The notes below the pieces were generated by a model. That model made no database searches and had not been told where the DNA came from. It saw nothing but the letters and a program-made list of their open reading frames with translations. Of a stretch of DNA of 64,000 nucleotides, positions 45,045 to 56,915 are shown piece after piece (within the stretch, counting starts at the first letter, position 1; every line of letters begins with the position of its first letter). The stretch comes from Neocallimastix sp. 'constans' (taxonomy: Eukaryota), in contig JBODTK010000116.1 in assembly GCA_050613775.1 (NCBI GenBank), forward strand, positions 124,001 through 188,000. The letters are read 5' to 3'. A program made the position numbers and the translations under genes.

Positions 45045-46522
45045 ATAATTTAAGAATACTAAAATTTATAGATATTTTCATTTTGATTTATATTATTAAT
45101 TATTATGAAAAAAAAAATACATAATAGAAAAGATTAAACCTAAAAATAATATAAAAAAAATTAAGTATTAATTTAAGGTAATAAATAAAATAATAATAAA
45201 AAATGATAACATTAATGTAAGATTTTAAATAAAATAATAATTAAAAAGTTATAGAATTAATTTAATATTTTAAATAAACTAATAATAAAAAATGATTGAG
45301 ATATTTAATAAGAAGCCATCTTTATATTATTTAATATATTTGTGTAATAATATATTGTATATTCTTTTTATTTATAATTAAAAATGTTTATTTTATAATT
45401 ATTAAATTAGATAAAATTTTTTTTTAGATGAAATTAATTGGAAAAATTTATGAATATAATTTTTATTATAATAAAAATAATATTTAATTTTAATATTATA
45501 AATTATTGGAATAGTAATATATTTTACATGACATACAGGGGTAATTTATTTAATAGTTCAAAAATTATGATATATAATTAAATTTATGACATATCATTAA
45601 ATTTATGTATTAGAATAAAATAAAATAAGTAAAATAATAAATATATTCATTAATAAAATAAAATAATTAAATAATAATTATAATAATTAATAATAATAAA
45701 AAATAATTAATATAATAAATATAATTAGTATTAAAATAAAATAATTAATATAATAAATATAATTAGTAAATAATTAAAATAATAATCAAAATAATAATTA
45801 ATAAAAAATGTGTGTAAAACTGTTACAACTTATAAAAAAAAATAATATAAAATATGGTCTAGAAAATATTTATGTTTCTTTATATTTTAATTAAATAAAT
45901 TAAAAAAAATATTTATTATTATTAAAAGACTTAATGCTAAATAAATTAAAAAATTTTTATTATTGTTAAAAGACTTAAATAATAATAAATATTTTTTAAT
46001 TTATTTAATATTAAGTCTTTTAACAATAATAAAAAATTTTTTTAATATTATATAAATTTAAAAATATTTATTAGTATTATTTTACTGAAATCTATTATAC
46101 TATTTTTTAATATATATATATTAATATCTTTAAATATAAATTATATAAATCTATATAATATATTTTTTTCACAACTGGTATATATTATTATATATTAAAT
46201 TTCATAATTTTATTGATAAAATATATTTTATTAATATATTAAATCAATAATAAATTTTATTTAAACAATAATATATTTATTAATTTTTAAATTATTTTTA
46301 ATTTAAAATAATTTTATTATTTGATAATTTTAAAAATTATATTTTTTTTATACAAAGTAATTTCTTTTTATATTTAATTGCTAAAAAATATAAAAGAGTC
46401 AATTTTTTCTTTCGAATATATTTTATTTAAATTAAACAATTATATTTATAATAATATAATTATTAATTATATATAGAAATTAAAAATTTAAATTTAAATA
46501 AAAGTTAATAATATAATTCAAA

Positions 46523-47167
46523 ATGAAATTCCAAACTGCTTTAGTTTTTGCTGTTGCTGCTTCTTTTGCTTTCGCTCAAGTTTCTGATGTTGAAGATGAT
46601 GTTAGTAATGATTTAACTGATAAGAGTAACGAATCTGATGTTGAAGAAACTCCAAAAATTATTAAAGTTTCAAAATCTTCAACAATTCCAAAAAGTAGTG
46701 ATGATGATAATGAGACCGAAGATACTCCAGATAATGAATTAGATACTGAATTAGATACTCCAGCTGATGATGACAAAACTGATGATGACAAAACTGAAAC
46801 AGAAATTGACACTCCAGCTGATGATGACAAAACTAAGAATGATGAAACTGAAGATGATAAACCAGCTGATGATACAGCTGATGCTGAAAATTCGGATGAT
46901 TATGGAGATGATAATAATAAACTTGAAGAATCAACAGATGGTGCAGAAGATTCAGATGATTACCAAGATGAAGGTAATTCAGTTGATGATTTAGATGCAC
47001 CATCAGCAGCTGCTGAAGAATCAGAAGAAGAAGAAGATAATAGTAACACAATTGTTGCTGGAGCAGCCGCCGGAGCAGCAGCAGCAGCTGCAGGTATTTT
47101 CGTCTGGATCAAAAGATCTAAACAAGATAACATAGAAGATGTTCGTTCTCAATTTAACATGGCATAA
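46523..47167 (+). CDS. Acidic type I membrane protein, tandem copy 4 (214 aa)
   Basis: Differs from copy 1 by one D>E substitution and synonymous changes. Confidence 0.9.
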   Translation: MKFQTALVFAVAASFAFAQVSDVEDDVSNDLTDKSNESDVEETPKIIKVSKSSTIPKSSDDDNETEDTPDNELDTELDTPADDDKTDDDKTETEIDTPADDDKTKNDETEDDKPADDTADAENSDDYGDDNNKLEESTDGAEDSDDYQDEGNSVDDLDAPSAAAEESEEEEDNSNTIVAGAAAGAAAAAAGIFVWIKRSKQDNIEDVRSQFNMA

Positions 47168-48525
47168 ATAATTTAAAAATACTAAAATTTATAGATATTT
47201 TCATTTTGATTTATATTATTAATAAAAAAAAATTAAAATAATAAAAAATTTATAATAATAGAAAAGATATGAAATTGATTAATATAATAAAGATAAAAAA
47301 AAAAGTAAAAGATTTTAAATATAATAATAAAGAATATTTAAAAAATAAAACAATGAAGAATTTATAATAATTGAAAAAATATGAAATTGATAAATGTAAT
47401 ATAAAATTGATTAATATAATAATGATTAAAAAAATGTATAGAAAAGTAAGATTTTAAATATATAAAAATAAAAAATATATAAAATAAAAGAAATATTTTT
47501 TATAATATATAATATAATAATGATAAAAAAAATGTATAGAAAAGTAAGATTTTAAATATATAATAATAATAAAAAATATTTAAAATTTTAAATAAATGAA
47601 GGAAATAATTTTTATAATATATAAATTTAGTATTATATTTTAATTATAATTTATATTTATTATTATATTCATTAATTAGAATATTTATTTTCTTTCAGTA
47701 AAACAATTATTTTATTTTACTGAAAAAAGTTTAATTAATATTTAATAAATTTTATCAATAACTAAAATTATTGAAGTTGACAAGTATTTAAATAGATTTA
47801 GTTAGAAAGGTTAAAAATTATTTAGAGATCTAAATAGGTGATAGGACATACATCTGATGATAAAGCATAAACAGAATAACATTTATAAATTTTATGTATA
47901 TAGATTATAAATATTATTTTAAGAATTCATAATATATAAATTGTAATAAAGCATTATACATGAAATACATTGAGCATATATATAATATTATCTAAAAGAA
48001 TGATATAATTAAGTTAATTTATTAAATAATAAGAATAAAATAAAGTCATTAAAAAATAAAAATAACAAAAATGATAAAAATTATTCTTTAAAATTACTTC
48101 TAAAATATATATATATATATATATCCATAAAAATATAAAATATGAAATTGATTTGAAAAGAAAAAAAAAGATAATATTTTACATATTTTGGTTTTTTTAA
48201 TTAAATTAGAAATGAAAATATTAATATGATTTATAATTATTTTTATAGAATCTCTTATTATTATTATTATTATAATTTAAAACATACAAGTTTATATAAT
48301 TCAAATAATTTTTATAATATAACACTCTATTTATTCTTCTTAAATATATTATCACTATATATATAGAAAAAAAGAGAATTTTACTTTTTAATATTAATAT
48401 TTACATTATAAGAATAAAATTTATTCTCCTTGGCGCTATATTGAAAAAAGAGAAATTTTTTTTTTTAATATTAACAATTCTATTATAACCATAAATTTTA
48501 AAGATAGAATAATTATATATAAATA

Positions 48526-49170
48526 TGAAACTTAGTTTTATATATAATAATGATACTTCAAAATGTAATCTTAATAGCTAAAATACTATTAATACTAATT
48601 AACAAAAAGGATATATCAATAATCAAAATTCAAAAGGATATAATAATAATCAAAATTCAAAAGGATATAATAATAATCAAAGTTCTAGAGAGAATTAAGT
48701 ATGATAATGATCCTCCAAATAGTAATTTTGGTTAAAAAAATATTATAAAAGATGAAATGATTGATGATATTGATAATGAAAATACAATCACAATTAATAA
48801 AAATATTTATTATACCTAAAGTAATAAAAAAGGAAAAAACTTTTCTGAACCTTCTTATAATAGTCAGTCAATTAAAAAGAATAAATAAAAAAAAAAAAAA
48901 TAAAAAAAAAATAAAAATTCTCGAAATTAAAAAGAAAATCGTCAAATAGTAAAAAATAATAATAAAGAAAGTGATTTTCATGAAGATAATGAAGATTATC
49001 AAGATAAAATTTTGAAAAATAATTTAATTAATAACAATTATAAATATAACAACGAAAACCAAATGAAAAACAACTTTTATAAAATCAAAATAATATCTTG
49101 AAAATAATACATAAAAAAAAAATGGTAAATTCAAGATTTAAGAAGGAATACTCATTTAAAGAAGTTTATA
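48526..49170 (+). pseudogene. Possible decayed, diverged fifth paralog of the acidic surface gene
   Basis: atgaaacttagtttt resembles the paralog start, and the upstream DNA echoes the unit spacer (aaaatatgaaattgat...). Remnants include EDNEDYQDK (cf. EDSDDYQDE), IQDLR (cf. IEDVR) and 27-bp NQNSKGYNN repeats. Many stops. Confidence 0.35.
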
Positions 49171-49224
49171 AAAAATATAAAAATAAAAATATAAATGAAA
49201 AATTATAAAATCATTTATAAAAAT

Positions 49225-49599
49225 AGGTTATTTTAATGTAAACTGTATTGATAAAAATAGAAATATTCCTTTAGTTTATGTTATGGAAAATATTTCTCTT
49301 CTTCTAATTGAAAATAAAAAATATAATATGCCTATCCAAATTATTTAATTCAAAAAAAAAAAAAAAAATTCAAATATTAAAACAATATATTTAATTTTCA
49401 AACTAATTATCAAGAATAATAATAAAATATTTAAATTTCTTATTGAAAATAGCTTTAATCCTAATATTCATGATAAAAAAAAGATACTTTTTTTGATAAA
49501 GTTTTTTAATTTAATAATTTTGAAATATTTTCATAAGTTAGTAATTTAAAAGAAATCATTAAAAATGAAAAATTAGATATAATGAAAATTCGTGTTAAA

Positions 49600-49600
<1 letters not shown>
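49225..49600 (+). pseudogene. Ankyrin-repeat gene remnant
   Basis: Fragments YFNVNCIDKNRNIPLVYVMEN, NNKIFKFLIENSFNPNIHDKK and KEIIKNEKLDIMKI, broken by poly-A tracts. Confidence 0.6.
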
Positions 49601-49633
<33 letters not shown>

Positions 49634-51735
49634 AAGATTATTTCTGAAAATGAATTGTGGTAATTTAATGTTAATTTATTTTAAATTAATAAATAATAAA
49701 TAAATAATAAATAAATAATAAATAATTTAAATATTAATGATAAATAATTTTAATATTAATGATAAATAATTTTAATAAATATTTTAGTTTTTAAACATTA
49801 AAAAATAATTTTATAAAACACTTTATAAAAAATAACGAATAATGAATATTTTCAAATATATAAAATAACGAATAATAAAATACTAATCCATATTTCAAAT
49901 ATATATACAATTTTGTACAATAACATTTTATTAATATTTCTATATATATAAATAATAATTATTAAATTTATAGTATTTTTAAAAACTCATTCTTTGATTC
50001 CTTTTGATTTTAAATGATATAAAATTACTATTCAAATAATTAAATATTTTTATATGGTCAATTATCTTTTTTTAATTTATAATTCCTGTATATTTTCAAT
50101 AAATATTTATTATTTAGTATTTTTGATATCCCAAATATATAAAGCGTTATGTAATTATTTTATATAATATCTAAAATATTTAAAATCTTAATAAATATTA
50201 ACACATATATATTTATTTTTTATTTATTATTATTAATATTATAATTTTTTAATTATTATTATTATTATTATTTATTTAAAATTTTTTTATTGTATAACGC
50301 CACATTATATGGAATGTGCTTTATTTCGGAAAAGTGCATTTCAAAAAATGTGGCATTTAAAATTTTTAATACATAAATAAATAATATAACACTATATTAT
50401 ATCTTATAATATATGTTTTATTAATTAAAAAGAATACTTTTGTAGCATTGCTTTTAAATTGAAAAAAAAAAGGTATTATTAAAGAGTATAATTGAAATTG
50501 ATGAATTTCATTAATAACTAGATATATAAAATAACAAAAAAAAAAAAAAAATTTTTTTAATATATATTATGATACAGCATTGATCTGTATTTAGCAAAAA
50601 TATGTAAAATTTAATAATCATTTGTTCAATAATAAAATAAAGATATTTCATATAATTTATATTAAAATAAAAAAAAAAAAAGTAAATAAAAAATATGTTT
50701 CTGAATTTTAATTATTATTAAAATTAAAATAAATATAATAAAATAAAATACAGAAAATAAATAAATAAATAAAAAATTAATATCTGTTAATTAAATTTTT
50801 ATTATTAAAAAATTTTTTTTGTATAATTAATAAATCTTGTTTAATAAAGAAATTAAAAAAAAAAAAAAAAAAAAAAAAATTGTTGAAAAATTGAAATTTT
50901 AAAATTAAAAAAATTTTTTTTAATTTTCTTTAAAGGTTTCAAATTTTTTTTTTCTTTTTTTTTTTTAATTTAATTTTGGCTGAAAAAAGAATTTTTAAAT
51001 TTTTTTTTGAATTTTAAAAGTTTTATTATTATTATTATTATTAATTAATATTTTCTATTATTATTATTATTATTATTAAGAATTCTATTTTACAGAAATT
51101 TTTTTAAAAACAATATTTTTTTTTTAAAAAAAAATTATATTAAAGAAAAAAGAATAAAAATTAGTGGTTGATTGTTATATACATATTTATTATTATTTTT
51201 TTAAAAATATTATTTATAAAAATTAGTTATAAAAAAAAATTTAATTAATAATATATAAAATTTTTTTTTATTTTTAAATAACTGTATTATTATAAATACA
51301 GAAAATAAATATTAAAGTTTTATTTCTTTAAAATTTTATTTTAATAATACTTTTTTTTTTTTAAAAAAAATTTTTTTTATTCGGTTTAATAACCAAATCA
51401 TGTTCATATTTGCTTTTTTCTTATTAAATAGAATGATTTATAACCATAAATTATTTCATTTTTACTAAAAAAAAAATTTTTTTTCTTTCTATTATATTTT
51501 AATTTTTTCAATGTTTTTTGTTTTTGTTTTTTTTTTGTTTTTTTTTGTTTTTTTGTTTGTTTTTTTTTTCAATGTTTTTTTTTTTGTTTTTTGTTTTGAT
51601 TTTTAACATTATTAATTTAGTTTTACAATAAATTAAATTTGAATATTTAATTATTTCAATGTTACACAAATAATTGGTCTCCATAATTATTTATTTAAGA
51701 AAAAAAAAAAAATTTTTTTTAACTTGTTAAAATTT

Positions 51736-51818
51736 TAAAAATTATTTTTTGTACTTAGTAGCTAAATATTACATTAAAAATTATTTTATGTACTTAGTAG
51801 CTAAATATTACATTAAAA
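51736..51818. repeat. Two-copy tandem duplication of about 39 bp
   Basis: tgtacttagtagctaaatattacattaaaa repeated head to tail. Confidence 0.85.
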
Positions 51819-53251
51819 GATGCAATATTCCTATGTTGATATAATATTGCTTAATGAAATTTAAAATGTATTATCTATATATAAATTATAATATATAATA
51901 AATATTAAATATTGTTGCTATAATAGATAATGAAAAAAAAAAAACAATTTTTTTTAATATATTTTGAAATAACATTTGTGATAAAAATATATAAAAACTT
52001 TTAATTAATTATTAAAGAAAAGTATTGAAATATTAAATATTTTTTTTTTTTAATTTTATTAATTCCTAAAAACAATATATTATTAGAAATCACAAATATT
52101 AAAATATAATTACAATATAAAATACATAAAAATAATTATATTATGGAGGTTTAAATTTTTTAATTATCTGTTGTTATTTGATATATATGATAACAATTAA
52201 TTTTTTACCATCTAAAATATTTATTACTATTACTTCTTTAGATATAATTATTATAATTCCTATAAATAAATATAAAACTATAAAATTAAAATTTAATTTC
52301 TTTTGGCTAATTTTAAAGAAGTTTTTATTATTTCAGAATATTTGTTTTTAATATTAGTACATAAAAAAATTCTATAAAATTTAATAATTATTATTTGTTT
52401 TATGTATAAATTATAAATTATAAATTATAAAAATGTATATCAATTCTTTTAATATTTATTTCTTATATTAAAATATTCATTTACAGAAAATAAATTAATA
52501 TTTTTTAAAAATGTAATAATGTATTCAAGAATTTATAATTCTTTTGAATTTTCGCATAAAGAATAATTTTTACAAATAAATATATAAAATATTTTTTTTT
52601 ATTAATAATTGTAAACATTTTAATCATCATATATCAATGTATATTTTTAATAAAAAATACAGAAATTTAAAAAATAAATAAAAATCACAATTATACTTCG
52701 AAAATATATTTATAATATACACATTTATTTTTATTATTATTTTTATTATTATTATTATTATTATTTTTTATTAATTTCTCTTTATATGAAATAAAAATAA
52801 AATAAAATAAAAAAAAAAAAAAAAAAAAAAAACTATAAACAATTTCTAATAAACTTTATATAATTAATTTTATTTTTTTATAATAATTAAGATTTAATAA
52901 CATTTTCTGTTTTTCAATAGTTAATATTAATTTTTATTTTATATTATATTATAAATAAATAATATATCAATGTTATAAAGTGTTTGTTGTTCCATATTAG
53001 AACATTTCGAATTTTTTTAAATAAAAAGAAAATTTTAAAAATTTTTTAATTTTATATTATTAAAGATTATGATAATTAAAAAAATACAGACTTTTTAATT
53101 GTATCAATCATAGCATTAAATAATCAACAAAAATAAAACAGGGTTACACTTTTTATAATAGAAATAAAAAAAATTTTAAATAAAAATATTTTTTTAATTA
53201 ACAAAAAATTGTACAACATTAAAATTTTTTTTTTTTTTAATTACAATTTCT

Positions 53252-53334
53252 AAATTATTTATTTTACAGAAATTTAATTGATCATATTAAAAATAAAATT
53301 ATATTATGATCAATTAAATTTCTGTAAAATAAAT

Positions 53335-53339
<5 letters not shown>
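53252..53339. promoter_or_regulatory. Perfect 35-bp inverted repeat (18-nt loop) about 520 bp upstream of the subtilase ATG
   Basis: aaattatttattttacagaaatttaattgatcata (53252-53286) and tatgatcaattaaatttctgtaaaataaataattt (53305-53339). The repeat is certain; a regulatory role is inferred. Confidence 0.55.
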
Positions 53340-53369
<30 letters not shown>

Positions 53370-53666
53370 AATGTTAGTTGTTATTATATATGTTTTTAAT
53401 ATTAATTTTGTTTATTTTTTAATCATTAAATATTTAGAGGATTTTTTTTAGAAAATATATAAATAGAACGTTTTTTACTTGCATTTAAAAAATCGCACTT
53501 CTTAAATATAAAAACTATTCTAATAAATTAAAATTAAAAAAAAAATAATAATAATAAAACGAAAAAATAAAAAATAAAAATAACAATAAAAAAAAAAAAT
53601 AAAAATAATAAATAATAAAAATAAAAATAAAAATTAAATATAAAAAATAAAAATAAAAATAAAAAT

Positions 53667-53697
<31 letters not shown>

Positions 53698-53859
53698 TAA
53701 AAATAATACAATAAAAATTAAAAATATAATTTATTTAATAAATCTTATTTAATTATTAAAAAAATTTATATTTATATCGAAATAATTATTTAATTTCATA
53801 TCTTAATTTATTTCAATTAATTTAAAAAAAAGAATTATTTAATAAAATTTGAATTAAAA

Positions 53860-55698
53860 ATGATGAAAAAAGTTATAAACTTCATTTATTTGATGAGTAT
53901 TATTATTACTCTCTTAATTAATCCCTCTAACGCTAATGCAAGTACTAACGCTAAAGTGTCTGATTCTTTGATTAAAGAAACCGACATTAAACAAAATGAT
54001 GAAAAATTTTATATGGTGTTCATTAATAAATCAAATACCAATGATCACGAAAAACGTCAAGATAATGATGAATTTGTCAATTCAATGGTGGATGAAATTC
54101 ATAATTTAATTATAGGAAATAAAGACTCATACAAGGATCAAGAAAAATTCGAAGAAATTGAACAACAATCTTCTCAATTAAAGAAAAGAGATTCTCCTGT
54201 TCATTATTTAAAAGATTATGGTGATTCCAGTTATGTCTATCCAATCTTTACTAACGAAGAAAAAACTATTCTTTATGCTTACCTTTCTGATGACTTGAAG
54301 GAAACCGTTGAATCAATGCCAAATATTTCTGCAGTTAGACCTCCAATTACTTATGAACCGGATACCGCAGATTACAATGAAGAGGATATCAAAAAAGAAA
54401 CAAAATGGAGTAAATTTGAAGTTCAAAATAAATCTCCACTCCATCTCTCTTTAATTTCTCAAGGTAAATATGATCAAGGATTAATTGGTGAATACGATTC
54501 TAATTATTATTACCCAAGTTCAGCCGGAAAAGATATAGATATCTTTATTTTTGATGGGGGTTTCAATTTCAAGCATTCTGAATTCAGTAATAAGGATGAA
54601 CGTGAAGCTAAATGTGTCCTTCATATAGTGGAAGGAAAAATTTCAAATACTCCAAATACTGAATATTGTTATAGTGCAGAAGTTAGTGAATCAAGTCATG
54701 GTACTAAAGTGGCCACAGTTGCCGGCGGTCTTAAATATGGTGTTGCTCGTAAGGCTAATATCTATGGAGTTCTCATGGAAAATTATGATAACGTTAATGC
54801 TATCGCAGGTTTACAATATGTTAAGGATAATTTATTTAGACCAGGTAAAGCCATTTTCAACTTTTCATTTGGCGGTTACACTTCATACCAAAATTTTACT
54901 CAAAACGAAGAATATCAAACATTCCAAAATTTAATTAACGAAATGTCAGAAGAAGGAGCTGTCTTCTTCTCATCAGCTGGAAATGCTAATTTAAATACCT
55001 ATGATATTGAAAATGATGTCATTAAAGATCCATGTAGTTTTGAAAATGAAATTTGTGTTGGTGGTATTGGTAATCTTGATACCGAATCCCTCACTTACAC
55101 CAAGTATAAATATTCTAATTATGGTAAAAATGTTGATATATATGCTCCATATCATGGTATTGTTGGGTTCCAAGATAAATATTTCGATAATTATGTTGAT
55201 AATTTCCGTGGAACTTCCTTCTCCACTCCAATTACTGCTGGTGTTGCTGCTACTATCATGAGTGAGAATCCAAAAATTAAATTTAATTCAAAATCTATGC
55301 TTCTTTACTTATATAAATTAGGAGAAAGAAATATAGTTCAAGGAATTCCAGAAGACTATCCAAATGTTTTCATTAATAATGGTAAACATATTGTTTATTC
55401 CAATAATAATGAATATAAAGGATGTGGTGTTCATTCAGGTAATTATCAATGTGGAGAAAATGAATGTTGCTCAGTTGATGGCCACTGTAGTACTGATGAA
55501 AATGTTTGTAAGAGTAGTGAAGGATGTCAAAAACAATTTGGTAAATGTGAAATTGTTTATGCTCCTAAAAACCGTGAATGTGGTAAAGGCTATGGAAATT
55601 GTAAAGATGGATATTGTTGTTCTGCTCAAGGTTACTGTGGTAAAACCGATGGTCATTGTGGCATTGGATGTCAAATTGATTTTGGAATTTGTTATTAA
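53860..55698 (+). CDS. Secreted S8 subtilisin-like serine protease with two C-terminal CBM18 (hevein-like chitin-binding) modules, 612 aa, intronless
   Basis: Signal peptide and prodomain with KR sites. Catalytic D (IFIFDGG), H (SHGTKVA), oxyanion N (SAGN) and S (GTSFSTP) are intact. C-terminal CG...CCSVDGHC and CGKGYGNCKDGYCCSAQGYCGKTDGHCGIGCQIDFGIC. Confidence 0.93.
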   Translation: MMKKVINFIYLMSIIITLLINPSNANASTNAKVSDSLIKETDIKQNDEKFYMVFINKSNTNDHEKRQDNDEFVNSMVDEIHNLIIGNKDSYKDQEKFEEIEQQSSQLKKRDSPVHYLKDYGDSSYVYPIFTNEEKTILYAYLSDDLKETVESMPNISAVRPPITYEPDTADYNEEDIKKETKWSKFEVQNKSPLHLSLISQGKYDQGLIGEYDSNYYYPSSAGKDIDIFIFDGGFNFKHSEFSNKDEREAKCVLHIVEGKISNTPNTEYCYSAEVSESSHGTKVATVAGGLKYGVARKANIYGVLMENYDNVNAIAGLQYVKDNLFRPGKAIFNFSFGGYTSYQNFTQNEEYQTFQNLINEMSEEGAVFFSSAGNANLNTYDIENDVIKDPCSFENEICVGGIGNLDTESLTYTKYKYSNYGKNVDIYAPYHGIVGFQDKYFDNYVDNFRGTSFSTPITAGVAATIMSENPKIKFNSKSMLLYLYKLGERNIVQGIPEDYPNVFINNGKHIVYSNNNEYKGCGVHSGNYQCGENECCSVDGHCSTDENVCKSSEGCQKQFGKCEIVYAPKNRECGKGYGNCKDGYCCSAQGYCGKTDGHCGIGCQIDFGICY

Positions 55699-56867
55699 AT
55701 ACATTAAATAAATTACTAAAACTTTATCAAAAAAAAAAAAAAATTTTTTTTTATTTAAAAATAATAAATGAAAATAAATTTATTCATCATATTAAAAATT
55801 TTACTATAGATTTATAATACTATTAATTTTATTTATAAAGTAATTTATTTATAATTAATATTTATTTATAGATAAATTTAAAAATTTTAAAATATATATA
55901 TATATATATAATAAATTAATAGTATTTTCAAAAAAAAAAAAAATAAATAAATAAATAAATATATATATATATATATATATATTTATAAAATTATTTAATA
56001 ATAACAAATAATAATAAAAAAATAAATAATAAAAATAATAGAAATAAAAAAACAAATAATAATAATAAATAATAATAATAATTGTTATAATAAAAAATAA
56101 TAATAATAAAATGATAATAAATAATAAAATAATAGTTATAAAATAATAATAATAATAATAAAAATAAATAATAATAATTAAATAATAGTTATAATAACAA
56201 TAACAAATAATAATAATAATAAAAAATAAAATAATAGTTATAATAAAAAAATAATAGTATTTAAATAAGTAATAAAATAATAATAGATAAAAAATAAATA
56301 CTAATAAAAATATTAAAAATAAAAAAATAAATAATAAAATAAAAATAAAAAACTAAATAATAAAAATAATAAAAATAATAAAAATAAAAAAATAAATAAA
56401 AATAATAATATTATAATAAATTATAAAAATAAAAACAATAAAAATTAAAATTTCAAAAAATAAATAAATTTATTAATAAATAAAAAAATATTAAAATAAA
56501 AGTATATATATATATAATTTTTATTAAACAAATAAAAAAAAAAAAAAAAAGGAAATAAGTTGATTTAAAAAATTTTTTTTTTTTGAATACACTATCAAAA
56601 TATTTATTATATAAAATTTATATAATAAATATTTTAATATAATATTTAATAGGGATGTATTTTATAAATTATAAATTATTATCAATTAAAAAACTTTATT
56701 ATTTATTTTAAATATAAAAAACTAATTTCTGAAAAGAATTTTATTTTGGATTCTTCAATATTTTATTAAATAAATCTTTCAGAGAATTCCTCTTTATGTA
56801 AGAAATAAAAAAAAAAAAAAAAAAGAAAAAGTAAAATTTTAGTAGACAAATTTAGATATATTTCAAT

Positions 56868-56914
<47 letters not shown>

Positions 56915-56915
<1 letters not shown>

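Larger units (their letters stand above)
39800..47225 (+). repeat. Tandem segmental repeat of four 2.1-2.3-kb units, including conserved spacers
   Basis: ATG-to-ATG periods are 2304, 2085 and 2138 bp. Spacer landmarks (ttacatgacatacaggggtaat, aaaatgtgtgtaa, atataaaagagtca) recur in each spacer. Confidence 0.95.

Noticed and set aside
40049..47051. Repeated antisense and frame-shifted ORFs in the acidic gene copies
   Set aside because: They recur only because the host gene is duplicated; low-complexity shadows.
39996..47167. Cellulosomal scaffoldin call for the acidic membrane proteins
   Set aside because: Only about 200 aa, no Cys and no long array of conserved repeats; architecture alone is insufficient.
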